DNA of 41,552 nt from Salisapilia sapeloensis CBS 127946 (GCA_023334545.1 JAADVB010000171.1:1-41552); one strand, 5' to 3'. Shown: positions 1 through 12,200, counted from the first letter of the stretch. The notes: generated from the letters alone by a model not told the origin. Made by a program: numbers and translations.

Positions 1-837
1 GTTGGCAACGTGCGCGTGCTGTTTAGCAAGGCCAGTGCAAATCTTGCCGTAGACGCTCAGGAAGATGGATCGCATGTACTTCTTCGGGTTCTCCATAATG
101 ATGCGACAGAACGTCTCAATCTCATTGTCGTTCTTCTGTCGAGCCATAAAGCACGAGGCAATCTTCCCTCGAATAGCACCTTCCGGGAGCTCCGTCTGAG
201 GAAAGTTGATACTATGACCAATGAGGTAACCGACCTTGTCACCGTTCGATAGGCGACTGTAGCCAGAGTAGTCCATGTAGACATAGTGGTGGGGCTTCAT
301 GAGCAAGTCGTTCAGACCGTCAATCGAAATGGCGCGGTATTTGACCACGAGTGCCGAAAATGGGTTCTCTGGTGTCGCGGGGATGACGGTGTCCACGATT
401 GCTGCTTTGGCGACATGATCATCACAGTACTCTCCTTTCGTCCGGAATCGGACAATGTCATAGCCCATTGCTCCGTACATAAAGTCTTCTAGCGTACCTC
501 GAACAGTACCAGTGGCTCGCATATCCACCAGCTCACTCTGACGCAAACCTTGAAGACCGAGTTGAATATGGGCATTCTGATCCTTTGCACCAAACACTTG
601 CTCTTGACCACCAGTGCCAGGACGTGACGCATAGAATCGAGTATTCTCTTCCTTTCGCACGAGCTTCCACCTGGTCTTGTCATTGAACTCTGCTTCTCCT
701 TTCTCCATGTATTCGTCATAGGCGGTAATGTGTTCTTCTAAGAGTGTATTGGAAAGGTCCAAAATCTGGTCCCTGTCATCGTCCGTTAAGCCCAATGGAG
801 GAAAGGGACTCGTGTATTTATCAGCTAGTTGTGGCAT
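1..837 (-). CDS. START-like (oomycete START/FYVE family) protein, 3'-truncated by the window edge; not in the supplied ORF track
   Basis: Hand translation from ATG at 837 is open for 279 codons to position 1: MPQLADKYTSPFPPLGLTDDDRDQIL...RWKLVRKEENTRFY...TGTVRGTLEDFMYG...AAIVDTVIPATPENPFPALVVKY...YVYMDYSG...GYLIGHSINFP. This matches the oomycete START-like fold and parallels the N-terminal domain of the 2606-6229 gene. Confidence 0.85.
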   Translation of the reverse strand, partial: MPQLADKYTSPFPPLGLTDDDRDQILDLSNTLLEEHITAYDEYMEKGEAEFNDKTRWKLVRKEENTRFYASRPGTGGQEQVFGAKDQNAHIQLGLQGLRQSELVDMRATGTVRGTLEDFMYGAMGYDIVRFRTKGEYCDDHVAKAAIVDTVIPATPENPFSALVVKYRAISIDGLNDLLMKPHHYVYMDYSGYSRLSNGDKVGYLIGHSINFPQTELPEGAIRGKIASCFMARQKNDNEIETFCRIIMENPKKYMRSIFLSVYGKICTGLAKQHAHVAN

Positions 838-866
838 GATGAAAGCTGGTATTCGTCACAGTACGT

Positions 867-880
867 AAATTGGCAAGTGA
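867..880 (-). promoter_or_regulatory. Inr/FPR-like core promoter element of the START-like gene
   Basis: Minus strand reads TCACTTGCCAATTT, close to the oomycete Inr+FPR consensus TCAYTYYNCAWTT, about 30 nt upstream of ATG 837. Confidence 0.4.
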
Positions 881-2605
881 ACAGCGGGATGGCCGCAACC
901 ATGTCGTGTGGTGCCCAGTCGTGCCAAAAAGATTGGTACGGTGACGTGCTTGTGCTCTGTACAGTAACCGGACGACAGACAGACACATTGACTACCCTTT
1001 TGCAGACTCTCGGTCCCAACTTGTTTCTGCCATAGATAATAACCTGTGTGTTTGGATGAATAGAACCTCATCCGACGAAACGCGCTACGTGCTTGAGATA
1101 GGTTGTAAACAGCAGCATGCAGGTAGGTTATGGTATTCTTAGCCCTTAAAATGTTTGAAAGTGTACGTCCGCAATGCGGATTCGATTTCCTCTAAAGAGG
1201 ATGTAGTAGAATATCGCCTTGACTTCTAGCTCAACAGGATCAAATACAAAGTGTCCGGGCAGAGAGTACCTCTAATACCGTATATACCCTTATATACCGA
1301 TTATAGGGTGCAACTGGGTATTCGGTCACATCTGTAAGAACAATTGACGACCACTTCGCATCGGAACGAAGCATACTCCTGCCTACTTCGTTACTGTTGT
1401 AAAGTCCCTGCACGTTTACAGTAAAACTCCAGAAAAGGCACCCTACTCGTGAGGTCAGTATACTTTCTCTGCAGACGGTCCAATGTATGAGCTCAGCAAC
1501 GATTCTCATTAGCCCCAAGAACGTTGAAGTGATTACTCGTAAAGGATTCTTCTAGTTTTGTATAATCCGAGAGATCAGTGACACGAGACTGGTAGTGTTG
1601 GGAATGGATTTGAAATGAAAGAGGGAAAGCAATCGACGATATGTACTTGAGAAAGAAAAAAAACTGGATATAAATTTAGAAATATCAATGCTTGGGATTG
1701 TTAGGGGAATGGAAGCAGAGATAGAGTTGATCAAGTCATTCTTCATAGGAACTACCTGAATAGGGTTCTAATTGTCGGATTGTACTCTTTACTGTGAATG
1801 AGAGTGACAGCACACCCGAGGTACTAACGTCTTGATTGCCAGACACTCATACTCTCTCCAAGCGAGACACCATCTCATATTGGAGAACTGCAAGTCGTTC
1901 AACAGAGTGTCCAGATCCCTACTCTTACTCACCTAGTAGTTATCGTAGATCGAGATCATCCTTTGCGACTAGATTGATGCAACAACTCTACGTATTGTGA
2001 GAATGCAAACACGCATTCCAGCTTCATTCTTCTGAGTCATCAACGGAAGTGAAAATCCAGTGGTAGCACTTTCGTCAGCATGAGTCCATCCTTGCGATCG
2101 TACATGCGAATCCTCCTGCTCCTCTATGCTTGGAAGGTATCCTGACTTAATAGATTGACAGATACATACCTTTTTTGTCCGAAGTTTCCAGATAGCTTTC
2201 GTGTCTCCTACCTGGATAGTAATTGCACTCTATTCTTTCCGTATATCTGGCTTGTTATCTCTCACAACAGTTCTAGTGTTCCATTTAAAGTCTCTCATTT
2301 AACATGATAATCGCCGTATAGCTAGAATTCCATTAACTGGTTGCTTTGAGTAGGTGTCAATCCTTTCTTATCATTTCGCTAACATCCACTTACAACCTCC
2401 TCGGACTTTTTCAATACGCTTCACTCAGCCACCTTATTCGACATGAGAACAAGTCCATCTTGTACTTGTTAAATAGACATGTAGCTACGAGTACATGACA
2501 AATATACAAAAGACTGGTTGATTTACAAGTATATTTGGGAATTGAACTGTTTGCAAAGGACTGCACCACATTGGCAATCCATCTTGCCCTAGACTTGTTC
2601 GTCAC

Positions 2606-5600
2606 TCACAAGAACATCTCGTTGCCATTTCCACTCGCGTTCTTCTCATCAAACACAGCCGAGTGGCGATTCGGTTCGTCTTCTGGTTCAAACTGGGAGC
2701 TTTGACGAGGAATGTTGATGCTGTTGACGGATTGCGATGATCGCGTCGATCCACGATCACTACCGAGATCAGCCAAGTACTGCGAGACAGAAGTCTGGCG
2801 CCTCGCTAGTTCCTCCAGCGTTAGCTCTGCATTCGATGAAAAGAGTCCGCCATCACCAAAGGAAGATCCAATCGTACTAACTTCGACAACGTCGAAAGCA
2901 TGGTCGTCATCTGAATCATCACCCTTTCGCATGTATCGATCGTCCTCCATGCTTCTTTCATACGTGTCCTGCTCAAAGATCAAGTCATCTTGCCCATCGC
3001 TATTGTCTCGAGAACGCCCACGGTCCATCTGACTTTGGCTTCTACCCGACGCCGACGGCTGCCATCTCCCATCGTACCCACTGTCACCACTGAGTCTTTC
3101 ATCATTAAAGCTGTTTTGGCGACTATCTTCCTTTCTCATCAAGTGCGGTAGGTCAATCAGATCCAATTCACTGAACGAGTCGGAGCTGTTGTCGTCATCA
3201 CGTCCGACGAGCTTCTCCTGCCTCGCTTCAGTCATCGCATTCGAACGCAAGTTAAATTCATTGCTGCTCTGGTGTGCACCATTCACAAACATGGACGATA
3301 CTCGAGGAAGAGGCTTGCTAGATCGAACTGGACTGCGCAAGCTTTCCTCATTGCAGGAAGATGACCTTCTACGATTTAGTGCCGGCACGCGATCTTCTTC
3401 CGGTTCCGAGACATACTCGTCTTCGTTCCATTCAGTAGAATTCCTCTGCAGCTCTTCAAAAGCAGTTGAGGACAAGTCAGACAAGTTCCGATACTCGTGC
3501 TGACCGTCTCGCGTGGTCTGATTACGATTTGAACGTCCACTATAGGAACGATCGTCTCGATGAGAAGACCGAGACCTTTCATCACTATCATTACGTCTCT
3601 TTCGATCCGACTGCTTGGAAGACTTTGACGTTTTACGAGAGGCGGCACCAGACATCTCCGAAGCATACAATGCCATCATCTTTTGCAGCGCCTGCTCTCT
3701 CATGTCTTCATCCACATCTTCGTCCCGTCCGTGCTTCTCTTCATACAACTTCATGGCAGACATAGCCATCTTCCGAGCCATGTCGTCCGAATCACTCGGG
3801 ACCGATCGAGGCTTCTTCGATCGATCGAATACACTCTCACGTTCCCTCGGCGGTTCCTCTCGCTCATACTCATCGTGACTGCTCGAGGGAGGTGCATAGT
3901 GACGCTGCGGAGATTCAGGAGTCGCACGACCACGCGTATTCTCCTGTGTGTACTTGCGGACGTTGGATGGAGTATAACGACGCTCATGTGGACTTTGACT
4001 TCTCGTAGATGGTCGGGAAGGATACTGATGGGCCGAACGAGATGGTTCCTGCGGTGGCACTCTCTGCTTGTGGCTAGGAAACCTGGCAGTTTGGACGTAA
4101 CTGGGCATCTCTCGCGATGCATGTGGCCTACTCTCTCGCTTACTGCTCGCCTCACGATGCTGTGCAGCACCCATGTCTCTTCGATCGTTATCAAGTTCAG
4201 TATAAGCACGTCGATCGTCTTCACGTGGGAAATGCGAAGTTTGTCGATATCCTATCTCCGTCGCCCGCCCTCTTCGTTCCATTTGCTGGTGCGATGATAC
4301 CGAACCATACGTATCCACACGTCGGTCAGGATGATTCATTTGCCGCGCTGGCTTTTGTTCCTGCTGTCGAGGTTCTTTCCATTCAGTGGTTGGTTCTGGT
4401 TGGAATTCCAACTCATCCGAAAGCGTATGACGATCGGTAGATAGATCTTCGATGCTCACACCTTCACTCGGCCGTTCATCCGCCAGACTAAGTTGTATAC
4501 CCTGCATACTCTGAAAGTGCATGAGGGTGCTGGGGTCCAAGTCGCTTTCGAGCTGACTTTCACGATACATGACGATCGGGTCATTCGTCTCGAGCATGAG
4601 ACCACTTCGACTGCCTCGATCATCTTCACTGCCGAATGAGATGCGGCGACCACTTGCTCGTGATCCAGTTCGACTACGCGTCGGTAACTCTTCGTAACTT
4701 TCGGAGGAATCATCGCCTCGCATTCTTTGCTCAAAGGAGCTTTCATAGTACTTTGCACTACCATCATGGTCGTAGTCGTTGTCCATGTAAACTGTTGGAT
4801 CAGACGAATGGTTACTCCTTTGTGCTCTCAAGTGGTTATCAAACTCTTCTTGCATCCGTCGAGCTTCCAATTGCGCTAACTCGTCTTCTGGTGGTTGGAT
4901 ATTTGACTTGAAATCGTTCGCTTGGAAGTTGTATTGCTCCCATTTGGGTGAGAAGGATGCATCGGACGAAGACGCATCGGAACGAGACGATGGGCCGCGA
5001 CCAAATCGTTTAGACAGGTGATTCATCGCCGGAAAGCGGTCTTTACCATCTTTACGCAATGGATTGATCTCCGTACAGTAGTCCCGTTCGTCCGCCTCTT
5101 CTCCAGGCTGCTCTTCATCTTCACCAATACGACTTTGAGGTTCACTGTGTTGCATGATCTCACCGGAGCATCCGCGACAGACACGAATCTTCTTCGGACC
5201 GTGTTGCCGTGTATCGACCGTATACTTCTTCGCACAGGAATTGCACACGACACGCCCACACTTGCGACAACGAAACTTGCGTTTCAGTACAGTGAATTTC
5301 GTGTCACAGCACTGGCAGTACTTGATGCCTTCTTTCGATGGCAGATCCAAGTCCCCCAAGAGCTTCTGTCGTCCGAGTCGCTTCATTTCAAAGTACTTGT
5401 TCACGCCGGCAATGTTCTTGATGCGCTTTTTCATGACTAGTGTTTTGATCCAATCTGGCACTCTCCCCTTGAGGTCCAAATGCAGCGTATGGATAGCATC
5501 CACGTAACCAGGTTCAGAGGATTCGAGAAAGAGGAATCCAGAGCGATAAAAAGCACCTCGAACGACTCCATATGACTTGTCTAGAGGAGGACAGAATGGG

Positions 5601-6229
5601 AGCTTGACAGAGTGCATGGAACGCACCCATCCACGCTTGCGAGTAGAAGTGTCTACAAATTCATCGTGGCATTCGAGGAAGCAAAAGTCACGGTTACGCG
5701 CGAGCTTGGATGGTGATTCAATCGCACACCACTTGGCAGCAATGCGATGGTGTGGGTTGTCCCGAGTCGGCTCAATGAGGTTGATCAAGGTCTTTTGGTC
5801 CAAAATGTCTTTGCCCACAGTCTGACTATATCCTCGCTGTTTCTCAGCTGTGTCTTGACGGAAAAAGTCGGCAACTTCGTCCAGCGTCGCGTGCACTCGA
5901 CAAGCTCCTCGCAGGTAAGTCATGTTCTTGTTATCGGCATTGGCGTGATCCATGCCCTGGAAGACTTCGATGCCATCAAAGGAGCTTAAGAGCACCCAAT
6001 TCACTGGGCCTCCTGACCGGCGAGAATAGTACACGACTTCCTTGCAGGACTGTTTGCCCAGATTCGTCATGTACTTGCGCTCCTTGCGTGTCAATCGAGC
6101 CTGGCCAAAGTAGTCATCTGGCAATGGTAGCTTGCCATCCTTCCCTTGCTGCTTGCCATGTGACTGCATGGTCTTCTGCTCCGTCGTGCCGAACGCGCTG
6201 CTCATCTTTCGGGCAGAAAGTTCCTTCAA
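2606..6229 (-). CDS. START-like domain + FYVE-type zinc finger protein with a long low-complexity C-terminus
   Basis: 1207-aa ORF. START-like region (YLRGACRVHATLDEVADFF, RNRDFCFLECHDEF, RKRGWVRSMHSV, GVVRG) is followed by a C-rich finger CQCC...RCRKCGRVVCNSC...VCRGC and about 840 aa rich in S/R/D/E. The true start may be a downstream Met (MSS or MQS). Confidence 0.88.
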   Translation of the reverse strand: MKELSARKMSSAFGTTEQKTMQSHGKQQGKDGKLPLPDDYFGQARLTRKERKYMTNLGKQSCKEVVYYSRRSGGPVNWVLLSSFDGIEVFQGMDHANADNKNMTYLRGACRVHATLDEVADFFRQDTAEKQRGYSQTVGKDILDQKTLINLIEPTRDNPHHRIAAKWCAIESPSKLARNRDFCFLECHDEFVDTSTRKRGWVRSMHSVKLPFCPPLDKSYGVVRGAFYRSGFLFLESSEPGYVDAIHTLHLDLKGRVPDWIKTLVMKKRIKNIAGVNKYFEMKRLGRQKLLGDLDLPSKEGIKYCQCCDTKFTVLKRKFRCRKCGRVVCNSCAKKYTVDTRQHGPKKIRVCRGCSGEIMQHSEPQSRIGEDEEQPGEEADERDYCTEINPLRKDGKDRFPAMNHLSKRFGRGPSSRSDASSSDASFSPKWEQYNFQANDFKSNIQPPEDELAQLEARRMQEEFDNHLRAQRSNHSSDPTVYMDNDYDHDGSAKYYESSFEQRMRGDDSSESYEELPTRSRTGSRASGRRISFGSEDDRGSRSGLMLETNDPIVMYRESQLESDLDPSTLMHFQSMQGIQLSLADERPSEGVSIEDLSTDRHTLSDELEFQPEPTTEWKEPRQQEQKPARQMNHPDRRVDTYGSVSSHQQMERRGRATEIGYRQTSHFPREDDRRAYTELDNDRRDMGAAQHREASSKRESRPHASREMPSYVQTARFPSHKQRVPPQEPSRSAHQYPSRPSTRSQSPHERRYTPSNVRKYTQENTRGRATPESPQRHYAPPSSSHDEYEREEPPRERESVFDRSKKPRSVPSDSDDMARKMAMSAMKLYEEKHGRDEDVDEDMREQALQKMMALYASEMSGAASRKTSKSSKQSDRKRRNDSDERSRSSHRDDRSYSGRSNRNQTTRDGQHEYRNLSDLSSTAFEELQRNSTEWNEDEYVSEPEEDRVPALNRRRSSSCNEESLRSPVRSSKPLPRVSSMFVNGAHQSSNEFNLRSNAMTEARQEKLVGRDDDNSSDSFSELDLIDLPHLMRKEDSRQNSFNDERLSGDSGYDGRWQPSASGRSQSQMDRGRSRDNSDGQDDLIFEQDTYERSMEDDRYMRKGDDSDDDHAFDVVEVSTIGSSFGDGGLFSSNAELTLEELARRQTSVSQYLADLGSDRGSTRSSQSVNSINIPRQSSQFEPEDEPNRHSAVFDEKNASGNGNEMFL

Positions 6230-7852
6230 CGAGTAGATCGGGAAGTAAGTCGTTCGAGTGGACGGAAAGTGGGGCAGAGCGGAGGACCGAGGTGTTATAG
6301 CGAGTGTCCGGAATAAGCTTTTGATTTGGTTTCATTATGGTGCTGAAAGTCGTACGTTGTGGCGCTGACTCGACTGTCGTCCAATCGCGTCGTCTTTGGC
6401 GCGGTAGTAACTTTGCACTTGTGATGTTTGCACGGATCTCTCTGGGACTCGAATGCCTACGTTATGCGCGAGATACAGAAAGTATCCATCTGGAGAGACA
6501 TGGAGAAGACTGTGCGTTCAACGTACTGCTTGCACCATTAAGCTTACTTGGTCTTACTCTCCGACGACACTCATCCAAAGGTCAAGGGCAGAACGCGACC
6601 ATCGAAACAGCTGATGTTTGTGAGATGAGTTTATACCACGCTCGTGACCTCTACGCTCGACGCATTCCGAGTTAGCATAATCTATCTGCTATCTCGTAGA
6701 ACGAGATAAGGGCAAATTGTTGGACTGTGGGTGAAGGCAAATGGTCTTCTTGGTTGGGGTTCCCATTCGACAAGTGCCAACGGACATGTGCAAATCCTAA
6801 TAGGATCGTCTGGACTTCGAACTGAAATGCATACCACTCTCAGGTTTTACCACTCTTGGCATCTGCTTCAAGACTTGGTCCCTAGAGCTTTCATCTTCTA
6901 GAATACCATTCGTTTCCAGTCGCTCGCTCACTCTGACAATGAAGATTCTAATTTTATTTTGCGTCAAGCATACGCATGTTCTTTGGTATCATTGAGACCA
7001 GAGTTTTACTAGAGTATCCATCTTTGTCTTCATCTACTTTTAAAAGCCAATCTTTCATCACCATCGAAGCCGTATCTGTTCTGAGTTCACAATTCCTACT
7101 TTCGCACGAGTTAGATATGACCAAAGGCATGGCTCATTCTTCTTCTGGTCTTTATCATCAAGACGGTCACATCCAACCTAGTCTAGCATTGAAAGTTATT
7201 TGAAAACCTCAACATAGTTGACAGATGAGCCTGGACATTTCAAGGTACTAGATAGAATTAGAAGCTTAAGATATACAGTCTTCTTGCAATTGAGGGCAGG
7301 CGAGTAGACATGCGTGCCTGAATTCGATTTGGATTGGGAATAAAGCAAGATTCGTGGGCCCCTATTCACCAGATCGGCAATGCAGCGTGTACAGATACAA
7401 CATATCTTCATATTCCTCAGCAAAAAGCTCATGCCAATAGCCTTAGTTCTTCACAAAGACCAGCTTCGTCGGGGTGATCGAGTTCCTATCAAGCCTCTTA
7501 CCACTTCAAATCCTTTAATGCGCATAGTAGTGCCAAAGTAGTTACTTATCTGATCACACCATCCAGGAAGGCTTCAACAACGTACGCGTTCATGCACGTA
7601 AGACGCGTAGAAACCCCACGCACAAGAGCTTTGTGCAATCAAGGTACCTGGATATGTTGAAGACCTCTGTCGAGCTTAAATAATGTGGCTAAACAGAAGC
7701 ACACATGCCCATTGCCGCCTCTCTATATGCTCTCTGCAATGGATGCGAGTGCGATCTGTACCTCCTGCAGCAAAGAGTCGATTGTAAGATGAAAATCATG
7801 TTTGTCGTTATCGTTTTGCCAGTCACGCTACTCACCCTCTCTCCAGAGCTCT

Positions 7853-10710
7853 CTACTCTATCTTCTGCATGAACTCTTGATAACTGCCTCCGAACAGTCT
7901 CCCCACATCTCTCTCCACCTCTTGCACCGTGAGCTTCCACCCTGTCGCCAGCAGTCGCTTGTACATGTCCACCATCACCGTCGCAATCACGTGACGAGAG
8001 TGACTCCACTTGTACATCAGTTGATCGAGAACACGTGCATCCGAGTGCTGACTAGTAAAGGCTGTACCGAGTATCTCGATTCGCATGCGAGTCAACTCGT
8101 CCACGATCGACGGGTTATTGCAGTACCACCAGCATCCATACAGGTGCAGATTACTAAACTTATTCGCAACGACCGCGACTTGATGTTGATTCACTCGAGA
8201 CAAGAACGTCACGAGGAACTTGACATTGGGATAATTGCGACATAGCTGGACAAGGTTGTCCACATTCGTTGGTTGCAGTCCATCTCCAGCGGAACCTAAG
8301 GACGCATTGAGACCACGCACAGCGTCGAACTTTAATGCAATCGGGAGCTTCTTTTCTTCTGCTAGTGGTAGTAAGACTTTTAGCAGCAGAGCATCGCCAT
8401 TCGGACGCTTTTCATCCATACTGATTGTGACCTCTTGCGTTGGATATGCAAACGTATGCGGGACACTCGCCATAAAGTACTCTGGTTGCATGACGTCGAT
8501 CCAATGGAGTAAAAAGCGACGACATCCATCCATAGTATGTGGAAGCTTGAGCTCATCCAAAGCATCACCCATCGCTTCCCAGTCGCCTTTTAACAGTTGG
8601 TCCACTCGAAGTGCCGACTTGAAGTACTTGTTCCACTTGGAATGTCGATCCGTATCATGTAACCACTCCTTCGCCTCGTTCTTATCAAATGGAACGTTCG
8701 TCATAACTACGTACTTGAGACGGGCTTGTCGGAAGACGGTCTCGACGTAGTCCTCTGGATCCTGACGATCAAACCATTGCTGGATGGCACCTAGATCTCT
8801 CTTCTCCACTAGGTCATCCAGACCGAGCATGTGTAGTGTCGTTAAGACACCTCGACAAGCTTCCGACAGTGGAGATCGATCGATGAACAAGTGCTGCCAG
8901 ATTAACTCTGCTTGCTTTTTCTTGTCACAAGCGTTGAAGACATCCATGGACATGGACGACGTCATTTTGAATTCTGCAACAAGGTAGTGATACGTCAGTA
9001 GGTCATTGATTCCCCACTGCATCAGCTGTCCATGGGATGGAGGGAACAAGTGCGTGTGGACGTCGATCACTTTTACGTTGCTCACACGCTCTCGAACGAC
9101 TTCCTCGACCGAGTCAAGCGACAGGACTGTGCTGGTAGAATGGCTGCATACGACATCCGTCAGCACTTCCATCGCAGATGACGTGAGCATACGTTCGTAT
9201 AGTGCTGCTACTTGCATGACAAAGGCAGATATCCTAGGGTTTGACATATCTAGACCTTCAACCTGACTCAAAACCATGCTCACGATCGCTCCAACTTTCG
9301 GCTTAGCACCATTAGATGACAGGCGTAAAGCGTCCGTTGCTTGCTTTAAGATGCGAGCTGCACGTCCATCGTTTCCATCCATAAAGTCATATGTACCAGT
9401 AGATAGATTCACTTGTAGATTATTCATGTACTCCCATGAAGACGTCTCTTGACTCTGATCTGGCGTCTGGTCATGTAGCGGATCCATGTGCCCTGTAAAG
9501 ACAGGTATACTCCACTCTTCCTTGTCCGTCGAGTGGATAGGTGTCATGTATCGCAGGAGGACAGCAGTGGCAAACGCCATGAACGAGCTGGGACGGTACT
9601 TTTCGTCGTATTCGATGTTCACAAGGATCGAAGGCACAAGACGCACACGATACTTGAACATGGTATTCTGCGTCACCCAGAACGTGATCAGTCCAAAGTG
9701 ACGGTGTTCAACGCGTCCCATCCATTCGTCATACGTATGCTGTGCCTCCTCCTCCGACACGCCTCGATGGATTAAACCTGGCTTAATGTCATGTACAAAC
9801 AACAGATCGAGATAAGTACGAATGATACGAGCGTCTAGTATATCTTGTGTGTGTTTCATGCGAGACACAGACATGAGGTAGACCATGGCAGTGTGCACTG
9901 CATTCGCTACATTCAACTTGAGCATGTGATCCTGCTGCAACGCGTTCTCTTGCTTTCGAATGTGCACACCAGTTTGGTCCTGCAGTTGAGTGCCACGGAG
10001 AGCATTATGCAAGTCTTCGATGACAAGTGTCTTGTACGGCCATGGCTCCGTCAATGGGACTAGGTCGTCTCCGTCTCGATGAGCGACAATACGATCCACC
10101 ATCGTATTGTGGAAACTCACTTTGGAGTCCAAGTACGTTTGAAACTCTGATGAAGCTTCCTCACATACCAACTTCTTAATGACATCTCCGTTCGCCGGCA
10201 TGTTGTCCGTATTGATGATAGAGATGGAGTTATCAGGAAGATGATGAGTACAAGCCTGCAGGAAGTCCGTCAAGTCGAGAATGGCTTGGCTGCCTCGTTG
10301 CAAGCCGCTCTCAGTGACTCCAAATCCAATGAAGCGAAGATTGGGGAGCTTTGATGGGATGCCCATGAAAGCATTTCGACTGTCCGACGTCCCGAGGGAG
10401 CCGACACCAGCTAGTTGAACGCACTCAGTCTGCACAGAGCCAGATTTGTGCATTACATCCACTTCATACCGACCGTTCGCACGGAGACAAGCATCAGCGA
10501 AGCTCCTGCTTCGCGTCTGTGCGACGATGACAGCGTTTCCACTGCTTCGTAAGATCGGCACAAGCACGGATCGCTATTTAGAACGTAAATACAAATCATG
10601 TAAATATCTTTAAAGTGTAAATGTACAAGGAATCGACCGCTGCCAATGCACACGGCCGTCGTATTATCCGGGAAGTGCCCACTAGCGTCCAAAGGCTCGA
10701 AGTCTGACAT
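7853..10710 (-). CDS. Fusion of a mannitol-dehydrogenase-family (UxaB/UxuB-like) reductase and a Bh0493-type uronate isomerase; join(10627..10710, 7853..10573), 934 aa
   Basis: Exon 1 MSDFEPLD...CIGSGRFL is spliced through a 53-nt GT-AG intron (10574-10626) to RSVLVPIL. Dehydrogenase motifs: GSGRFLR, GVTESG, NTDNMPANG, FHNTMVDRIV, KLNVANAVH. Isomerase motifs: IDVHTH, WGINDLLTYHYLVAE, ALRVD, GCWWYCNNP, QHSDARVLDQLMYKW. Confidence 0.9.
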
Positions 10711-12200
10711 GATGGTCTTCGTACTTGGCCTTTTGATAGAGCAAATGATGTTGTGAATTGTATGTCGAGTATTTGGATGCGATTCAGTCAATCGATTTCT
10801 CTTCAAGTCGCGTCGTAAGATGTCTTCGCTGCAGGTACCGATTATCGTAGCGTTTATGGCTTGTTATAGGTGAATTCAGCCAATAACATGGCTCAGATTT
10901 GAGTCCATTGTGGCGTTTCCCGCTCATGTTGCTGCTTTTGGTAGCTTGAATGCTACGATAACTGATTTTGGATTGAGCAAGTGATCGAATAGTTATTTCT
11001 CGAAAGATCTAGCAAATATCTGCTTTAAAACTGCAGAAAGCTAGTCGCTAGGATTGAAAATAAAAGTGCACAACTACAATTGGTGACGATAAGAACCTCT
11101 CACAAAATGCCATGTCTACAAAATGAATGACTTTCGTTAGCTGATCCATCAAAGTTGCACTCATGACAAGCTTGTTCTTGCGAGATGGATCAACCGCACT
11201 GCCTTGGAAATGGATCAGGTGATGTTGAATTAGCATAGCGCAAAGGTATACTTTCTTGAAGCCGTTTACTGTTTGATAAAAAGCTCAGTCCTACAGCCAT
11301 TCCTTTCGATGGAAGATCATTTCATCTTGATCATCTAATAAAGAAGCTGAACACTTCACCGAAGATACTCAGTGTTAAAGATTGAGATCGATGGTCTACT
11401 TGAATCTTAGATAAGACAAATGAATTTTTATGGCATATAAGTGACTAGATAAAGAGTAGACTAAAGGTAGAAGTTTATATGTCAAGCTTTATTAGAAACA
11501 TCGCGCACTAGAGCTATGGAGCAATATAAGCATCTATTTATTTGCGCTATTTGATGATGCGTTCGAATAGAGCTATACGATACGATGGTAGAGCCTATGA
11601 AGACAGAAAAGTGTAGGACATTTGAATGTGTTTCATACATTAGTTGGACTTAAAACAAATTTAATTTTTCTTAGGTTACTACCGAGTGCTCGTAGGAAAC
11701 GGAACAGTAGCGCATGTATAAGCAACGACCGAAAGCAGACATGTATGTCGATGCTGTAAAGGAAAATAATGCGATGAAAAGCTTTACCAGTGATACACCT
11801 ACTTGATATTCGTTTCCACTTATTGATTGGTAGATGGCATCATCGCTGGGAAGCTACTTCGATTAACACAAGACCTTAGATTGCTATAAAACAGCACTTC
11901 AGAGCCTCATAGCTATTTAAAATTGGTTTGCACTCTAACGATGCCACAAAGTAGAAGCCAAAGAATCAATATACGTCACTTGGATAGAATAACAAATCGT
12001 TCGATGCTTTCGAAAAGAAAGTTGACATTATGGTGAACCAATTAGCATCCAGTCAGTTGGTAATCCAAGGCCGGTATCGGTATCGTATTGCTAGACTACA
12101 TCTCCATTTGCAAGCTAGCTGCATACGTCCCAAGGCAAAACCTAACGAACAACCAAGCCCTGCCAAATTTCTCGACTAAATAGCAGCATCGTCTTACGAA

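Noticed and set aside
1240-2605. Short ORFs and intron-like pyrimidine tracts between the START genes
   Set aside because: No coherent reading frame or recognisable transposase/RT motif could be reconstructed.
3683-4297. 204-aa plus-strand ORF and similar ORFs inside 2606-6229
   Set aside because: Antisense to a long real ORF, with no motifs.
6337-7850. 112-aa ORF and protein-like fragments (e.g. GYWHELFAEEYEDMLYLY)
   Set aside because: No family could be recognised and stops are frequent; too weak to call.
7853-10710. Bacterial contamination or chimeric assembly as the source of the uronate enzyme
   Set aside because: The gene has a spliceosomal intron in a conserved motif and is flanked by oomycete-type genes.
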